From the NCBI RefSeq assembly GCF_009914755.1, contig NC_060928.1: 64,000 bases of DNA, one strand, 5' to 3'. Position numbers and translations under genes: made by a program. Positions 40,691 through 56,499 of the stretch are shown one piece after another (position 1 is the stretch's first letter; every line of letters starts with the position of its first letter). A model generated the notes under the pieces. That model had not been told where the DNA came from. It saw only the letters and a program-made list of their open reading frames with translations, and made no database searches. The DNA is from the human T2T-CHM13v2.0 reference genome, Homo sapiens.

Positions 40691-42494
40691 GCTTGATTAG
40701 CTTAATTCTCACTCGGGTGAGGAGCCCATCTGTGGACTATGTGCCAGGGAGCTCCTGCTGTGCTTTTCATGGCAAGAGGAAGAGCAGAAGCTCCAGCCTT
40801 CCCATCCCATGGGCTTGGCTGTGAGTCAGGTGGCTCCACCTGGACACCTGTGGGCATCCATGGGTAGCTGAGATACCGGGGCTGTCACAGCACCTGCTAC
40901 TCTCTCTGTCTCTTGGACCAGAGCCCTCCAGCCAGTGCCCACCTGCGAGGTACAGTCATTGCAGTCCCCTAGCCTCCCGCTAGGATCAGGACATCCACCC
41001 AGAAACCAGGCAGTCCTCCTCCCTGAGTCAGATTCTGCTTTTCAAAGGGTTAAGGAACTTCTTGCATATCCAGAGGGTAAGGATATCATCATTCTCCAGT
41101 ATCATACAGATGTAAAATGACAGGGCAAGGGAGTTAAAGTAGGTCTGGCCTGCCTAACTCTGAAACTCCTGCTCTTTCTAATACTATCACTCTGCTTTTC
41201 ACACCAAAGAGGAATAACAAAACTACCTTTCTGACTGGTAAAATAAAGCAAATAAATAGATAAGGAGATTAATTTTAAAACTGGTCCACCAAACTTTGCC
41301 AATTTCAAAGTCTTTTTTTTTCACTATAAATATTTCTTAAACTTTTGAGTCCTGCTAATTTTTTTTTTTTTTTTTTTACTATACTATAGACATCAGGGAT
41401 GGCAATTTTTTTTTTTAATCAGGCACAAATTTCGGTGTCTCAGACTGACCACACCACTTTTGGTGTCCACAAAGAGAAAGTTGGACTCCAGGCTTTCTCC
41501 TGTGGGAAAAAGCACACAAACCACTGTCCTTTTACCTATTCCTTCACACCCATGGGTGGAAACTGTCTGGGTGCCCTTCTAGCATCATGGTGCTCGGATA
41601 TCTTGTCCCTGCCCACCACACACCCATGCTGGGTGACAGCAAATGCTCTGTCCATGGGAAAATGCTGCTACTGGAAAGAGGAGTGTTCTGAACACCAAAG
41701 CCCACAATCTCAACCATGGCCTCTCAGGAAATCCCTTTTCCATGGGCGGCCACATTGGCATCATTTCTCAGTTCATCTTCCAGAAAACACCTCCTGTCCC
41801 CACCAAGAAAAGGGAACTGGGGCTCACAGTGATCCCACGGTACTTACTGCCTGTTCATAGTTCTTGGCACCTGGCGGGTAAGAGGGCTCTTCAATTCAGC
41901 CTGTGGAAACAAAAGCAAACGCGTTACTGGAACTTCCACATCATGTTTTAATTCTGGGGAACAAGCCACTGTTGCTGCTTGTTAAAATCGGATACAGGTG
42001 CTGGTTTAAAGGAAATGACAGAAAGAGAATCAATCCAGGTCAAGAATTGGCTTATTTCTGGAACACAGTTGGGGAGGGGATTTCTTTCTCTGACAGGCTG
42101 TCCTCTTTCTGTCAGCATTCATCCCATCTGCCCCCGGGAGCTGAGCAAACATAAACTGAGCCTGGTTTTCCCTGGCGTGCAATTGTGTGCTTCCCCTGGG
42201 CACCGAGGGCACGTTAGCCAGGCTTGGCTGGCTCTGCTCTGAGCCAGAGCATGCAGAAAGGGTGCTTTTCATTTCCAAATGTGGCTTTACCATAAAATAT
42301 TTATTGAAAGTTACAGTTCTATATCACTTTACGTAGAATGCAACATTTTATTTGAGCCTTGTATTCACCCACATAGTAAAGATTATTAGTGTTATTTACC
42401 ATATAAATTAACAGCAGAGACCCTGGGAGTATTCAGTAAGGGCTTCGTATCAATGATCTCATATAATCTACTCAAAGGCCCTGAGAGGTGTAAA

Positions 42495-42980
42495 GGATAT
42501 CAGCTGAGGTTCCAGCAAGAAACAGATGACACTCTCAAATTGGGTAATTTGAGAACAGCTTAATAAAGAGACCATTTAAAAGGTGTGGGCAGGGTAGAAG
42601 GAATCCACAGAAGACAGTGAAGTATCTGGGAGTGGTAACAAAAGGGCGCTGTCACATGCCTGGGCTTGGAGGGATTTGGGGACCAGGTAGGCACTGGGAC
42701 ACAGAGACAGGTCTCTCTTTCTGGGTTGCGGGTAGAGGAGCTGTGGCTTTCAGTTGTGGGACCTGCAGGGAGGGAGCTGTGTTGGGTGGAATGAAAATCC
42801 CCATCTCACGCTCCCTCTGCCCTGGGTCTCCTGATGCCATCTCCCATTGGCCAAACTCAACAGAAAGCCAAGGGCGAGGAGCTGTTAATATGGTTTTATA
42901 TCTATCAGCTTCCCTGGGCTCCCAGATGAGAGGAATAGGGTAGAGAGTGGGTTTTACAGTTAGACAATGATACCCAGGAA
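42495..42980 (-). mobile_element. Old ERVL LTR (LTR33/LTR41-like, tentative)
   Basis: 'gttccagcaagaaacagatgacactctcaaattgggtaatttgag' and 'ctcccattggccaaactcaacagaaagccaagggc'. Confidence 0.6.
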
Positions 42981-43112
42981 GATTTAATTATGTGACCGAG
43001 AACACCCATCCCGCAATAAGAGCTGAGGTCCAGAGGACCCAGAAATTTCCATTTCCTAACCTGTCAGCATATGGCACCCCACTGAGCCTTCGGCATTTTT
43101 AGTATATTCTGC

Positions 43113-43650
43113 CATTCATCTATCCATTCATTCACTCATCCATCTGGGAAACTACCATTTACTGAAAATGTACTTTGTGCAAATATTGTGCCCAGTGAGA
43201 CACAGTCCCTGCCCTTAAGCCACTTCTAAAACTAAGTATAGTATAGTTCCTGCATCCCTCTGTGACATCCCTCCTGTTATTAAAATGTTTTGCAAAAAAC
43301 AGATAATTGTAAAACAAAACATAACAAATCCTAACTCTGTCTTGGAGAGCCAGCCAGGGTGATCTTCATAGAGGAGATAATACTTGAGCTTTGTCTTGCC
43401 AGGTAAGTCTGGGTCTTCTGGGCTCAAAATTAAGGGAGGTGTTCCAAGCAAATGGAGCATCATGCGCAAAGGTGTGAAGATGTTACAATGTATATTGTGC
43501 CAGAGTGGCTTTGCACATTTTGGTGAAACTGGAAGGGTTGGTAGCTGGGATGTTGGTAGTACATGAAAAAGAATGAGGGAAGGTCCCTTGGATTGAGATG
43601 ATCAAGGATCATGCATGCTAAGGGATGGGATCTGAACTTCAACTGTGTGA
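43113..43650 (-). mobile_element. L2 3' region
   Basis: (cattcatc)n end, 'catttactga', 'cacagtccctgccctt', 'gcatcatgcgcaaagg'. Confidence 0.7.
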
Positions 43651-45046
43651 TCTTCAACCCATACTCATAACCCATACTAAAGAACTTGAACCAAGCTCTA
43701 TGTCCTCTGATACCCTGTGTATTTTCCTCTGCCCTCACCCACCAGCCTCATCCCCTCGTCTTATGCTTGTAGGTCAATATTGACAGCAGGGAAAGGGGAG
43801 GCGGCTGTTAGGCTTTCATTCACTGATGGCCCACTGTGGCAGTGTGTAGAGTGTCTAGTCCATGGTCTCATTTGGAAGTCATTTCCATCATGGCAGTGGG
43901 GAAGGGGACTTGAACTTTCATCAGTGTAATACAAAGAATGCACATCAAATACTGGAAGGGTCCTGGACTGGAAGTTGAGAGACCTCTGTTCAGTTCCAGT
44001 GCTGCCATTAACTAGCCGTGTGGCCTTGAAGGAACACTTGGACCCTCCTAGTTTATAAATAGTAGTATCAATATCTTTCTTTTACAGCATGTCTTAAGTG
44101 TGAAATAAACTGAAACATATGAAAATGTCTTACAAACTATGAAATGTTATGAAACACGGATATGCAATTTCTTGCATAGCAAAGCAAAGTTTGCAAGTTG
44201 CTTTAGCATCAGTCATGTTATATTTGGGTATGTGGGGTTATTGATGACAATTTTTGAATATTAGTATTTATAGAGATTAAATTACTTGATTACAGTCATA
44301 CAGGACAAATCCATCCCCCATCCCTTAAGAGTATCTACCACTTAATGATAGCTGCTTATACAGCTACTTCATTCTTCAGAATGCATTAAGTAGCATCGAA
44401 ATGGGACAAAATAAACTAGTCTTTACGGACAGCTCCCTGTGTGCCTGGATCTTGGCCAGTTCTTGTGTACAGAGTAAGGGGACCACAGATGCAGAACAGT
44501 TCCCTGCAAGGCTTATGCCTCAAATCAGAGTTCTGGCAAGGTGGCCAATGAAGCTGCTTTCCAGCCCCAGCCCTGCCATGCACTGTGCAGCTTTGAGTAA
44601 GGCATTGGAGCTTTCTGGGCTTTCGTTTCTTCACCTGAAAAATGAGCAGCTTAGGCCAAATAGGTCTTTTTCAGCTCAAAGAAATGGAAATAGTTTCATT
44701 AAAAAAAAATACAATCCATCAATATTTGGTGACAAAAATGGTTTCAAAAGTTAGAGTATGTCATTACATTTCTTATATTTTATTGTCTTCTCCAATAGAG
44801 CTCTGTGCAGAGCCAAATTGCAGGAGATTCTGCCAAATTGCTAACACCTAGGATAGCAGGGATGGAAACGCAAGGGATCAGGGAGGAATCCTTAATTTTT
44901 GCCTTATATGTAAACCTCTGTATATTATTTGATTGGTAATATCAGTGCTTATTAGACTTGTATTTTGAAATTTGAATAAAAGTTAAAAATATTAGTAGCT
45001 TTTGAGAGATGCAAGCACTTTATTGTATAAGAGTTTAAAAATATTA

Positions 45047-45445
<399 letters not shown>

Positions 45446-45783
45446 TCATCAGCAAGACAGAAGAGATGGCATTCTACAGGGGAAACAGCTGTGCTCTACT
45501 CAGAATGGCTGACACCTTGAAAGCACCATACTCTGATCTAATCTTAGCCATCGTGCAAAGGATGTGGTGAAGTCAGTCAGAAAGAGTCTTATGTCCCCTG
45601 GCTTTTTGAAGGTAATAAATTATAGAGAATACAAGGCCCTTCCCTTCCTCATGTGTGCATTTTCAAAGACAAGGCAGTGAACACAGATCACCTGTTATAT
45701 ATCCCCCATCTCCCCACCTCAGTAACCTCATAGGGTCTGTTTTATGATCCTCATTTTATACAAAACCAAACAAGTTTTAGTTA

Positions 45784-46331
45784 TAAAGGAAATAATGTAT
45801 ACCCTGATCCATTTCCAAGACGAAGTGCCTTGAATTGGCTTAGGTCAGCAAACTATAGAAGAAACAGCTTCCCCCCAACTTAGTTGCCCTCACCTGAACT
45901 AAAGAAGCTTAGTCTAAGATAAAAGTTTGCTAGTACGCAAAATAGCTCGCTTTGTCTCTTCTTATCAGCCTACGCAGCTACTTAGGTCATAAGTCAAATA
46001 CTTAAAGAGCCCCTAAGCTAACTAAGATTGCAATGCATTGTGGGCTGCGACAAAAATGCACCAAGACAACCCTAAAAAAACCACCTAAAGTTCCTGCCTA
46101 ACAATCAATAGGCAATGTCAGGGAAGATTGTGACCCCATAGTACTCAGACTACGAGGAAGTGGGGGAGGGAACTGCGCACTATGGGATAAATTGCTTGTT
46201 GAAACTGTGCTAGGTGTGAGTGCATGCCAGACACTGGATCTTGCAAGACTGCCATTGAAAGTCTCACTTTTGCGTTCTCTGGATCTGTGAGTCCATTCTC
46301 TGGGTTTGAACAGGTGAGTTTGTTTCTCACA
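45784..46331 (+). mobile_element. ERV1-class solo LTR (family not assigned)
   Basis: 548 bp ending ...gtttgtttctcaca; 4-bp TSD GTTA at 45780-45783 and 46332-46335; U3-R-U5-like layout with a TATA-like 'gataaa'. Confidence 0.75.
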
Positions 46332-47352
46332 GTTATGCTTTGGGACAACTGTTTAACCATTCTGAGCCTCCGTGTGCTTATCTGTAAAATACGGGTAATA
46401 CAACAGCTACCCTTAGGACTCTTATGAAGATTACATGAAAAAATACCATATCTAAGACATGGGGGAAATAGTGGTTAATATGAATCTGAACTTGAAGATT
46501 AATTAAATGCCTTATATCACTTTAAGTGCCTTAAAGTGGCACTTAGTTAGAAATGAAAGATGCTTAGGTAAGCATTTTTAGGTAAGCATCTGCTAATAAC
46601 CACTGATGTAATCATAGAATCTTGTACCCGCCTATGCTTTGGAATTATCTGGAAACCTTAAAAAATATAATGTCCCAGAAAGTTTGATTCAATTGTTTTA
46701 GGGAAAAGCCCAGGTATGGACATTGTCTAAATGTCCCAGATATTTTAACAGGCAGGGAGGCAGAAGGGAGTGGACTTGAGTGTCAGTCTATTCCCATCTC
46801 CATCTACCCAGCACCACTGACTGGCAGCTTGTCAGTGAACACACCGATTTTTCTCATTCTTATGGAAAGCACCAAATAATCACATGTTCATTCACCTTGC
46901 TGTTCCAAACACATCTTAAATAGACATTTAGGAACTGGCACTGCTTGTAAATAATCCTCCATACACTTAGAATTATTTCTGAGTCAATTTTTAGCGGAAT
47001 GTTTTTAAAAAACCTATCACATCCAAAGATTTTAACAATTTGATCATGGAAAAGTTTTCTAATCATGTCAAGCATCAATTTCTCTCTCAGGTCTTATTTA
47101 TAGGCAGTGAAGAAGTAAAGTCCAGGCTCTTGCAATTGTACAGGGTAGAGTTTACTACTGTATCTGCAACTATTTATGAGGCTTTACAATGTGCCAGTCA
47201 CGTTCCAGATCCTAGGAATTAGAGAGCATAGAGCATAAGGTATTATGGGAACACAGGGAAAAATATGCCCCAGAGGGATCTACACAGCTTTCTATGGAAC
47301 AGGTTCTTACCCAGCTTCACCACAACTCCCCTCAGAAGTAACCCCAACTCCC

Positions 47353-47715
47353 CTTCTCTTGCCTGCTTGCCCTGGACAGAACTTCCAACACTACGTTGAA
47401 TAGGACAAATGTCCATCAGTGATAGACTGGATTAATAAAATGTGGCACATATACACCATGGAATACTATGCAGCCATAAAAAAGGATGAGTTCATGTCCT
47501 TTACAGGGACATGGATGAAGCTGGAAACCATCATTCTCAGCAAACTATTGCAAGGACAGAAAACCAAACACTGCATGTCCGCACTCACAGGTGGTAGTTG
47601 AACAATGAGAACATATGGACACAGGGAGGGGAACATCACACACTGGGGCCTGTCAGGGGGTGGGGGGTCTGGGGGAGTGATAGTATTAGGAGAAATAACT
47701 AATGTTAATAAAAAA
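47353..47715 (+). mobile_element. 5'-inverted/deleted L1PA (twin-priming structure)
   Basis: Antisense ORF2 RT piece 47353-47405, then sense 3' end from 47406; 19-bp TSD agaagtaaccccaactccc at 47334-47352 and 47716-47734. Confidence 0.92.
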
Positions 47716-48800
47716 AGAAGTAACCCCAACTCCCACATGGACTATGATAATGGAAGGGGAGGCAGGACTTGTAGGCTGTGGAGCGTCAGCCTTGCAGGTC
47801 TTTCTCCAACAGGTCTTACTTCAAGATCTGACCCAGATCAAAGAGTATGCAACATCTTCTTGCCTTGATTCGGAGACCTTGAGAAGCTGGAATGCCCCAG
47901 AAATGGAGCACAACTCATGGTGTGTGTGCATTCACTTTCTGTAGCAATTATTTCAGTTTCTCTTCCTGGTTAGCCACAGAAATAAAGCCCATGCATAGCT
48001 CTCTCTGTCAAAGGAATGACATTGAGGTGTCATCTGTCAGTTTTGCTTGTGGAACCCGGAGTCACAGCAGGGCACTTGGCATGGGTGATATTAATAGGTC
48101 CAGAGTCGACTCTGCTGTGGGGAAGCTGAAGGAAGCTCTGAAGGTATCAAGAGGAGACCACACCCTACTTTCAGGGACTCACTGTCAGGGAGGGACCAGG
48201 CAGAAGGAGACGTGTTGGGTGGAGCAGTGTGGAGGTACAAGGAGCCCAGGGTCCTCCAGGAGTCCACAAGGAGAGGCTGCCTGTTTTCATGATGCCAGCT
48301 TATTTCTCCAACAAGAAAAAACACCACTGTACTGAGTGCTAGACGCCAATGCAAATCTAATTGCAAATGCCAACATGGGCAATAAAATTGCCTGAGTGTA
48401 TACCAGGGCTTAAAGCCTAGGCAAAAGGGCCAGAATATGCTCATAATGAATTTACTTTGGGTTGGAACTCTGTGCTTTCATTTCATTAATACAGTTCCCA
48501 TATAATTTATTAACCCTGACCTGGAACTCTTTGGGGATCCAAAATGAACCCCAGTTTGAGAAATAGTGTGTGTTGTCTCCCTACGGGGCTCACTGTACTC
48601 TCCTCCAGGTATAAAGGGGACCATGTCAAAGAGAGGTGCACAGGGTGGTTCACATCCTGAGTGGAGAGACCCCTGCCTCAACCATCTATTTGGACCAAAC
48701 AACCCCACAGCTTTGGGGCGGATGGTCTCAATGATTATATTTGATTAGCTCATTAAGTAATTTGTGGTTTGAAAATGCTTTGTAAAGATAACGGATTTGA

Positions 48801-49142
48801 TTTCATTGTTCAACCCCCATTTATGAGTAAGAACATGTGGTGTTTGGTTTTCTGTTCCTGTGTCAGTTTGCTAAGAATGATGGCCTCCAGCTTCATCCGT
48901 GTTCATGTTCATGAGAATACATGGACACAGGGAGGGGAACATCACACACTGGGGCCTGTTGGGGGGTTTGGGGCAAGGGGAGGGAGAGCATTAGGACAAA
49001 TACCTAATTAGGACAAAGCATGTGGGGCTTAAAACCTAGATGATGGGTTGGATGGATGCAGCAAACCACCATGGCACATGTTTACCTACGTAACAAACCT
49101 GCAGGTTCTGCACATGTATCCCAGAACTTAAAGCATGAAATA
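48801..49142 (+). mobile_element. 5'-inverted L1PA (PA8-10-like) 3' end (twin-priming structure)
   Basis: Antisense piece 48801-~48904, then sense 3'UTR; 17-bp TSD aaagataa(c/t)ggatttga at 48784-48800 and 49143-49159. Confidence 0.92.
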
Positions 49143-50033
49143 AAAGATAATGGATTTGAGGGTTAAAGAATCACACCTATATTTTAGAAAACTAAAATAA
49201 AGAAAACAGGGTTCTGCAGATGAAAGTATCTATAAGATTTCCAAAGAACATACATTCGATTTGGGCACTAAAACCAGGATGCCTGCTTCTGAGCTCAGAA
49301 CCCACCTGGGGTCTGAGTGAATGTTTTAAGAAGCAGAGACTTGTTTTATAAATAGGCTGGATTTTCACGTGTCTTAATTCAAAAATAATTAATATCCTTA
49401 TGGTATCACAAGCAGTTTAAACAATTAGAAATATGTAATGCAACAATCGCATTTCCTTGTTACCCTTGAGAACTCTTGTTCTCCACTGGGAATTCACCAG
49501 TACTACCAAACTGAGCTTGCAAAGAGACATTTATCATAAATATTGCTGCTGCATTTCACCTGATCCAAAATTAATATTTCATGAAGAAAAAAATGCTTTT
49601 AGGGTAAAGAAATTGTTTTGTTCCCAAACATTAGTTATTTATTCCTAGAAGATAATGCTTATGAAAATACTGGCCTCTATTTATTTAAAAGCTTAGGAAA
49701 TGTCATTCTAATAATATCTACAAAATACCTTCTAGATATAGGAAATGACCAAAAGCAAACTGTGAACGGCTAAAGAAAAGCTTTGAATGAATCGAGAAGG
49801 TAGGAGGTAGTTGTGCAATTAAAACTGGGTCAAGGCTCAAGAATAAGGTCTATATTAAGGCTTAAGGCTTTCTTTTATCATTAAAACAGGAAAAAAGGAA
49901 AAGAATATAAAACCCACACAATACACATCTGACTTTTTCTGCACAATCACATCACACATATCCAAAATGGTGAATGATTTTTGGAATTGAGAAAGGGAGC
50001 ATGTGTGTATATTTGGAGAAGAGAGCCAGAAGA

Positions 50034-50075
50034 GTGTGTGTGTGTGTGTGTGTGTGTGTCTATGTGTGTGTGTGT
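50034..50075. repeat. Interrupted (TG)n microsatellite
   Basis: Direct reading. Confidence 0.9.
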
Positions 50076-51454
50076 TTGCACACACATAGGAGCTTTGAGT
50101 AAACATGTCGAAATCAAGATTTCTCAGATACAGATGATATTAATTTGGTTCCAATTCAGAGTTATATGTATTTTCTTTAATTTTCATATCAAAAATGAGA
50201 AAGTTACATTTTAGAGATGCTCATACTTAGAGGAAAATATATGCTGATTGGATTTCTAATTCTATACCCCAGTCAGATCAATCAGCTCAATTTAATTAAA
50301 TATAACATTTAATTTTATTGGATTTCCATTGAGTGGAGGCCTTTGAAGTCAAATGCATTGTTATTATAGATTTCTTTTTTTTTTTTTTGAGGGGTAAGGG
50401 AGAGTGCTTTCCTAGTTTTTCTGCTATTATGTATGGCACATTTTTATAAAATTTTGCAACTGTCCTGGTAATGAGTAACTTCCCTTGAGTATCTCAAGGC
50501 AATGTGACTGTGCATTCATTTTAATTTTAAATGATTTTGAAAACACTCTTAATGAACTGATGCAATCTATAGTTTCTGAATTTATTATTCCTGTTGAGTT
50601 TTGTTTTTAAAAACCATTTCCTTTTTTCTCTTCAGCTGCCTGATTCTGCAGAAAGGGTTTCCTTCCTTTAGTGGTAAGATTCTTTCTCTCTCCTCTTATT
50701 CCACTTTGTGGTGAATAGACTTTTTATCCTTTTTCCTGTTCATTTAGCTTTCTCATGTTCCTTTCCTTCCTCTATCCTTCATTTTTCTTCCTTCTCCTCC
50801 TTCTTTTTTCTTTGGCTCTTCCTTCTCTCTGCTCTTATTATTAAAGTGATTTTTACTGTTCACGTAAAGTGAGATTGTAGAAAAATAGTCTCCAAGTTTG
50901 CCAAAATCCTAACAGATATTTTATTTTATTATTTTTAAGTTTACCTCTGTCTCGCCCCTATTTTTTTTTTTTTTTTGGCTTCCATAAATGATGGCAGAAC
51001 CACATTGATTAGAGGCAGGCACTTCTAGGCCTGGATTAAATCAGAACTTACCCAACTGTGATTGTTTCTCCATTGCTTGATTAATGCATTGAGATGGTAC
51101 TGAAGGCAAATTTTAGAGGAAAAAAAGTATAAGAAAATAAACTAAGATTTAGGGATTGCTATATATTTACCACCATTTACAGGTTGGCCCTGCGGTGAAG
51201 ATAAGGGTGAAGATAGATCCAGTAAACCCCACCATTCCCATGGACGTCTAAAGGCTAATGGCAAAAACACTGTAATTTTTTTCAACATTCATTTATTAAG
51301 CACCTGATGTATGCTGGTGATTTTCTGAGGAGCTGTTTTATGATCAGGAGAGCCTGAAAAATTTGTGAGGGAAATTTAAAATCCAAAGGAGAAACACAAA
51401 AGCCCAGGTAGTCTAAACAAGACTGGAAAAGAGTAATACAACTTAGAGTAGTAG

Positions 51455-51813
51455 TAATATGGTTTAGCTGTCTGTCCCCACCTAAATCTCATCTCGATTT
51501 GTAATCCCCAGGTGCTGAGGGAGGGAGGAGGTGATTGGATCATGGGGGTGGTTTCCCCCATGATGTTCTTGTGATAGTGGGTGAGTTCTCACAAGATCTG
51601 ATGGTTTTATAAGGCAGTTTTCCATGCTCTTGTTCACTCTTCTCTCTCCTGCTGTCTTGTGGAGAAGGTGGCTGCTTCCCCTTCTGCCATGATTGTATGT
51701 TTCATGAGGCTTCCCCAGCCATGTGGAACTGTGAGTCAATTAAACCTCTTTCCGTTATAAACTACTCAGTCTCAGAGAAGTGCTTTACAGCAGTGTGAAA
51801 ATGGACTAATAAA
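51455..51813 (+). mobile_element. THE1D-like MaLR solo LTR
   Basis: taatatggtttagctgtctgtcccc...ggactaataaa; degenerate 5-bp TSD agtag/aatag. Confidence 0.9.
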
Positions 51814-51819
51814 AATAGC

Positions 51820-51862
<43 letters not shown>
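51820..51862. repeat. (AAT)~14 microsatellite
   Basis: Direct reading. Confidence 0.95.
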
Positions 51863-51863
<1 letters not shown>

Positions 51864-52612
51864 CATTTACTGCTTACCAGAACCGTATGTAGGGCATTTT
51901 GTTTAATTTAGTTTCCGTTATACAGCAACAATCCAAATGACCTAGATTTTTCAGCATTGAACAATCCTGTCATTCTGTGCAAGAGACTTCTTCTGAGCCA
52001 AGCTTGTCCAGTGAACAAATGCACAGTGTGGATCCAGATGAGATCATCATTTCATCTGTAACTTCGAGTACATTTAGAACCTAACTCCTGAATTAAACTT
52101 CCCCTTGCATAATTAACTATTTCTTTTTCTCTTCTTTTATTCAGGATCACTTATCTAGCAAGATGGGAGACAAATCTTTCAACCCAGGTATGCTGAATTA
52201 TACAGTGAATTGTACAACTTGAGTCTCAGCTTCTCTAATCTGAAAGATGAGGCTATGAGTGCTCATCCTTCTTTGCTCATAGGATTATTTTGAAGACCAA
52301 GTAAGATGATGAAAGTGAAAGCACTCTGTAAAGTATAAACCGCTATGCAAGAATAGTTCCACAGATAATTACTGAGTAATTTCTTTGCATCAGTGCCGTG
52401 AAAAACTCTGAGGATTTGAAATTTGGCTAGGAAGGTATTCCAAAATAATTTCTATTATTTTTCATTAAATCTTAATATTTTCAGAGGATTAGCACATTTG
52501 AGGAATTGTAAGACACCCAAGGCTTTGATAGATGAATAATAAAAAATAAATAAGAATATGATGAAATTAGTTTCTGTAGAAATCACCTTAAAATAGAACT
52601 TCTTCAGGTCAA

Positions 52613-54530
<1,918 letters not shown>

Positions 54531-54599
54531 GAAGACAAAAAAGGGACAAAGGCCAAGAATCTAAGGAAGGTTTGTTTAAATATAAAATAAACTCATAAT

Positions 54600-54830
54600 A
54601 ATAATGCTAAGAATGATGATAATAGCCACTACCATTTACTTTGTATTTAATAATTACTAGTCACCATGATATGCATTTTTATGTACTGAATCTCATTTCT
54701 CACCACAAATTCGAGCAGTAGATATTTTTATTCCATTTTATAAAGGATAAACAGAGGTTCTGAGGAGTTAAATAACTTGTCTAAAACCATATTGCTAGGA
54801 AGTAACTGATTTCAAACCCACACTATCCAT
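54600..54830 (-). mobile_element. MIR
   Basis: 'ccatttttataaaggataaacagagg...gttaaataacttgtctaa'. Confidence 0.7.
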
Positions 54831-56119
54831 GTCTCAACGACTGGATGGCGTGGTATAGTGAAAACAGCATGTATCAGAAGTAGGAGTTTGGGATGGGGAC
54901 TGTGTGGAGGTGTCCTGTGTAAAGAGTCCAGACAGATAAAGCTGATCGGGAGATCCCTAGACTTGCCCATGAGTGAGGACGTCCTGATATATATATATAT
55001 ATAAATTTCTACAGGTAACCATGGGGCAGACTGGCTTTCCAGGTGCCTGCCAAGGCATCAGACCACCCATAGCTCAGCAAATCCAGCTTTTGAAATTACA
55101 CAGCTCTGACTTAGTGCTCAACAAGCTACTGCCCAATATCAATTTAGTTTCCTGTGTACATTTGTCTCCTGGGAGGGAATATGCCAATCATCTGAACTTA
55201 TAATTTGAGTACACTTGAACAAAATCACCAAAGATGGATACATAGGTCAAAGTACCAGAGTGAACTGACCTCTTGAGCTCCATCAACTCTGTGTGCCTTG
55301 GATACAATTAGCTTTCTGGGTCTTCAAAACTGATGGTGAAATGTGGTCCTTAGGCAGTCCACAAAAATTCAGCCCTCTCAGAGTTTGGGCCTAGGCTATT
55401 AGTCAGCCCTTATCTTTATCTTACACGAAATTGAACACAGAACCTACCACTGTTAAAGATTATCATCCAATCACATGGATATTAAATTTTCATGTTGTAT
55501 CTAGACCTTTTGGCTCATCTTAGTTCAAATGACAAACCACAGTACCATTTAAACACAATAGGATTTTGATTCTCATGCATAAGTGTTTAGGAAGCAGTGT
55601 TTCAATTAGTATCACCAATGAAATTTAAAAGAAACAACTAAAATACATATTTTGCTAATGCTTGTGGTGTATCTGGGAGTTCCTTAAATGCTGTTGACTA
55701 GTTTGGAAGACAGTGATTGATGCCCTGATCATGAACCTGGGAACATCAGCAGGGTACTCATGGAGCACCATGCCGAGAGCAGGAGCTCGGGGCTCGGGTG
55801 GACCTGGGTCTCATTTCTGGCATATCCTCCTATTCATTGCATGAAATGGACAATGCATGGAGCCTGCCTGAACTTCAGAATCCGTTTTGTAAAGTAAGAA
55901 TTAAGTACACCTACTTAAAAAGTGAGAAATGATGAGCGTTTCTTGTCTATCAGCAACACTTAAATGGTAACCTGTAAGTCATTGCTCTTTGGAAGACATG
56001 ATTAAAATTAAGCAGAATAATCACAATAATGATTCCCAAATATTCTGCCCATAAGAGTAACAAAAAATAAATAATAAACACAAAAATTGGTCCTATGATA
56101 GCTCTATTCCACAATTCTG

Positions 56120-56157
56120 TTTGTGTGTGTGTGTATGTGTGTGTGTGTGTGTGTGTG
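56120..56157. repeat. (TG)n microsatellite
   Basis: Direct reading. Confidence 0.9.
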
Positions 56158-56499
56158 ATTTTTTCGTTATTGCTGATATCTAACCTGATGCTTCTCAGTT
56201 TTATTGGTAAAATCGTGAATGTTTGGTTTAATCTGTTAAAAATCATAAATATAATTTAAATTCAGGTATTTATCTCTCTGGTTAGTAATTTAGCCCCTTT
56301 GAACACTTTATGTTTCTTTGTCATGCTAGGAGGGTAGGTACAGCCTAGAAGAACTCTGCAGAACTCAAGTCTTGGCAGATGTTGGCAGTAGCTTATGACA
56401 GTGGATATAACTGCTCCATGTACTAGGATTCAGAAAAGGATGCTTCTAGATCTCTGTCTGCTACTCTTCATGTGAAAATTTAGCCAGTTCCTGGCTATC

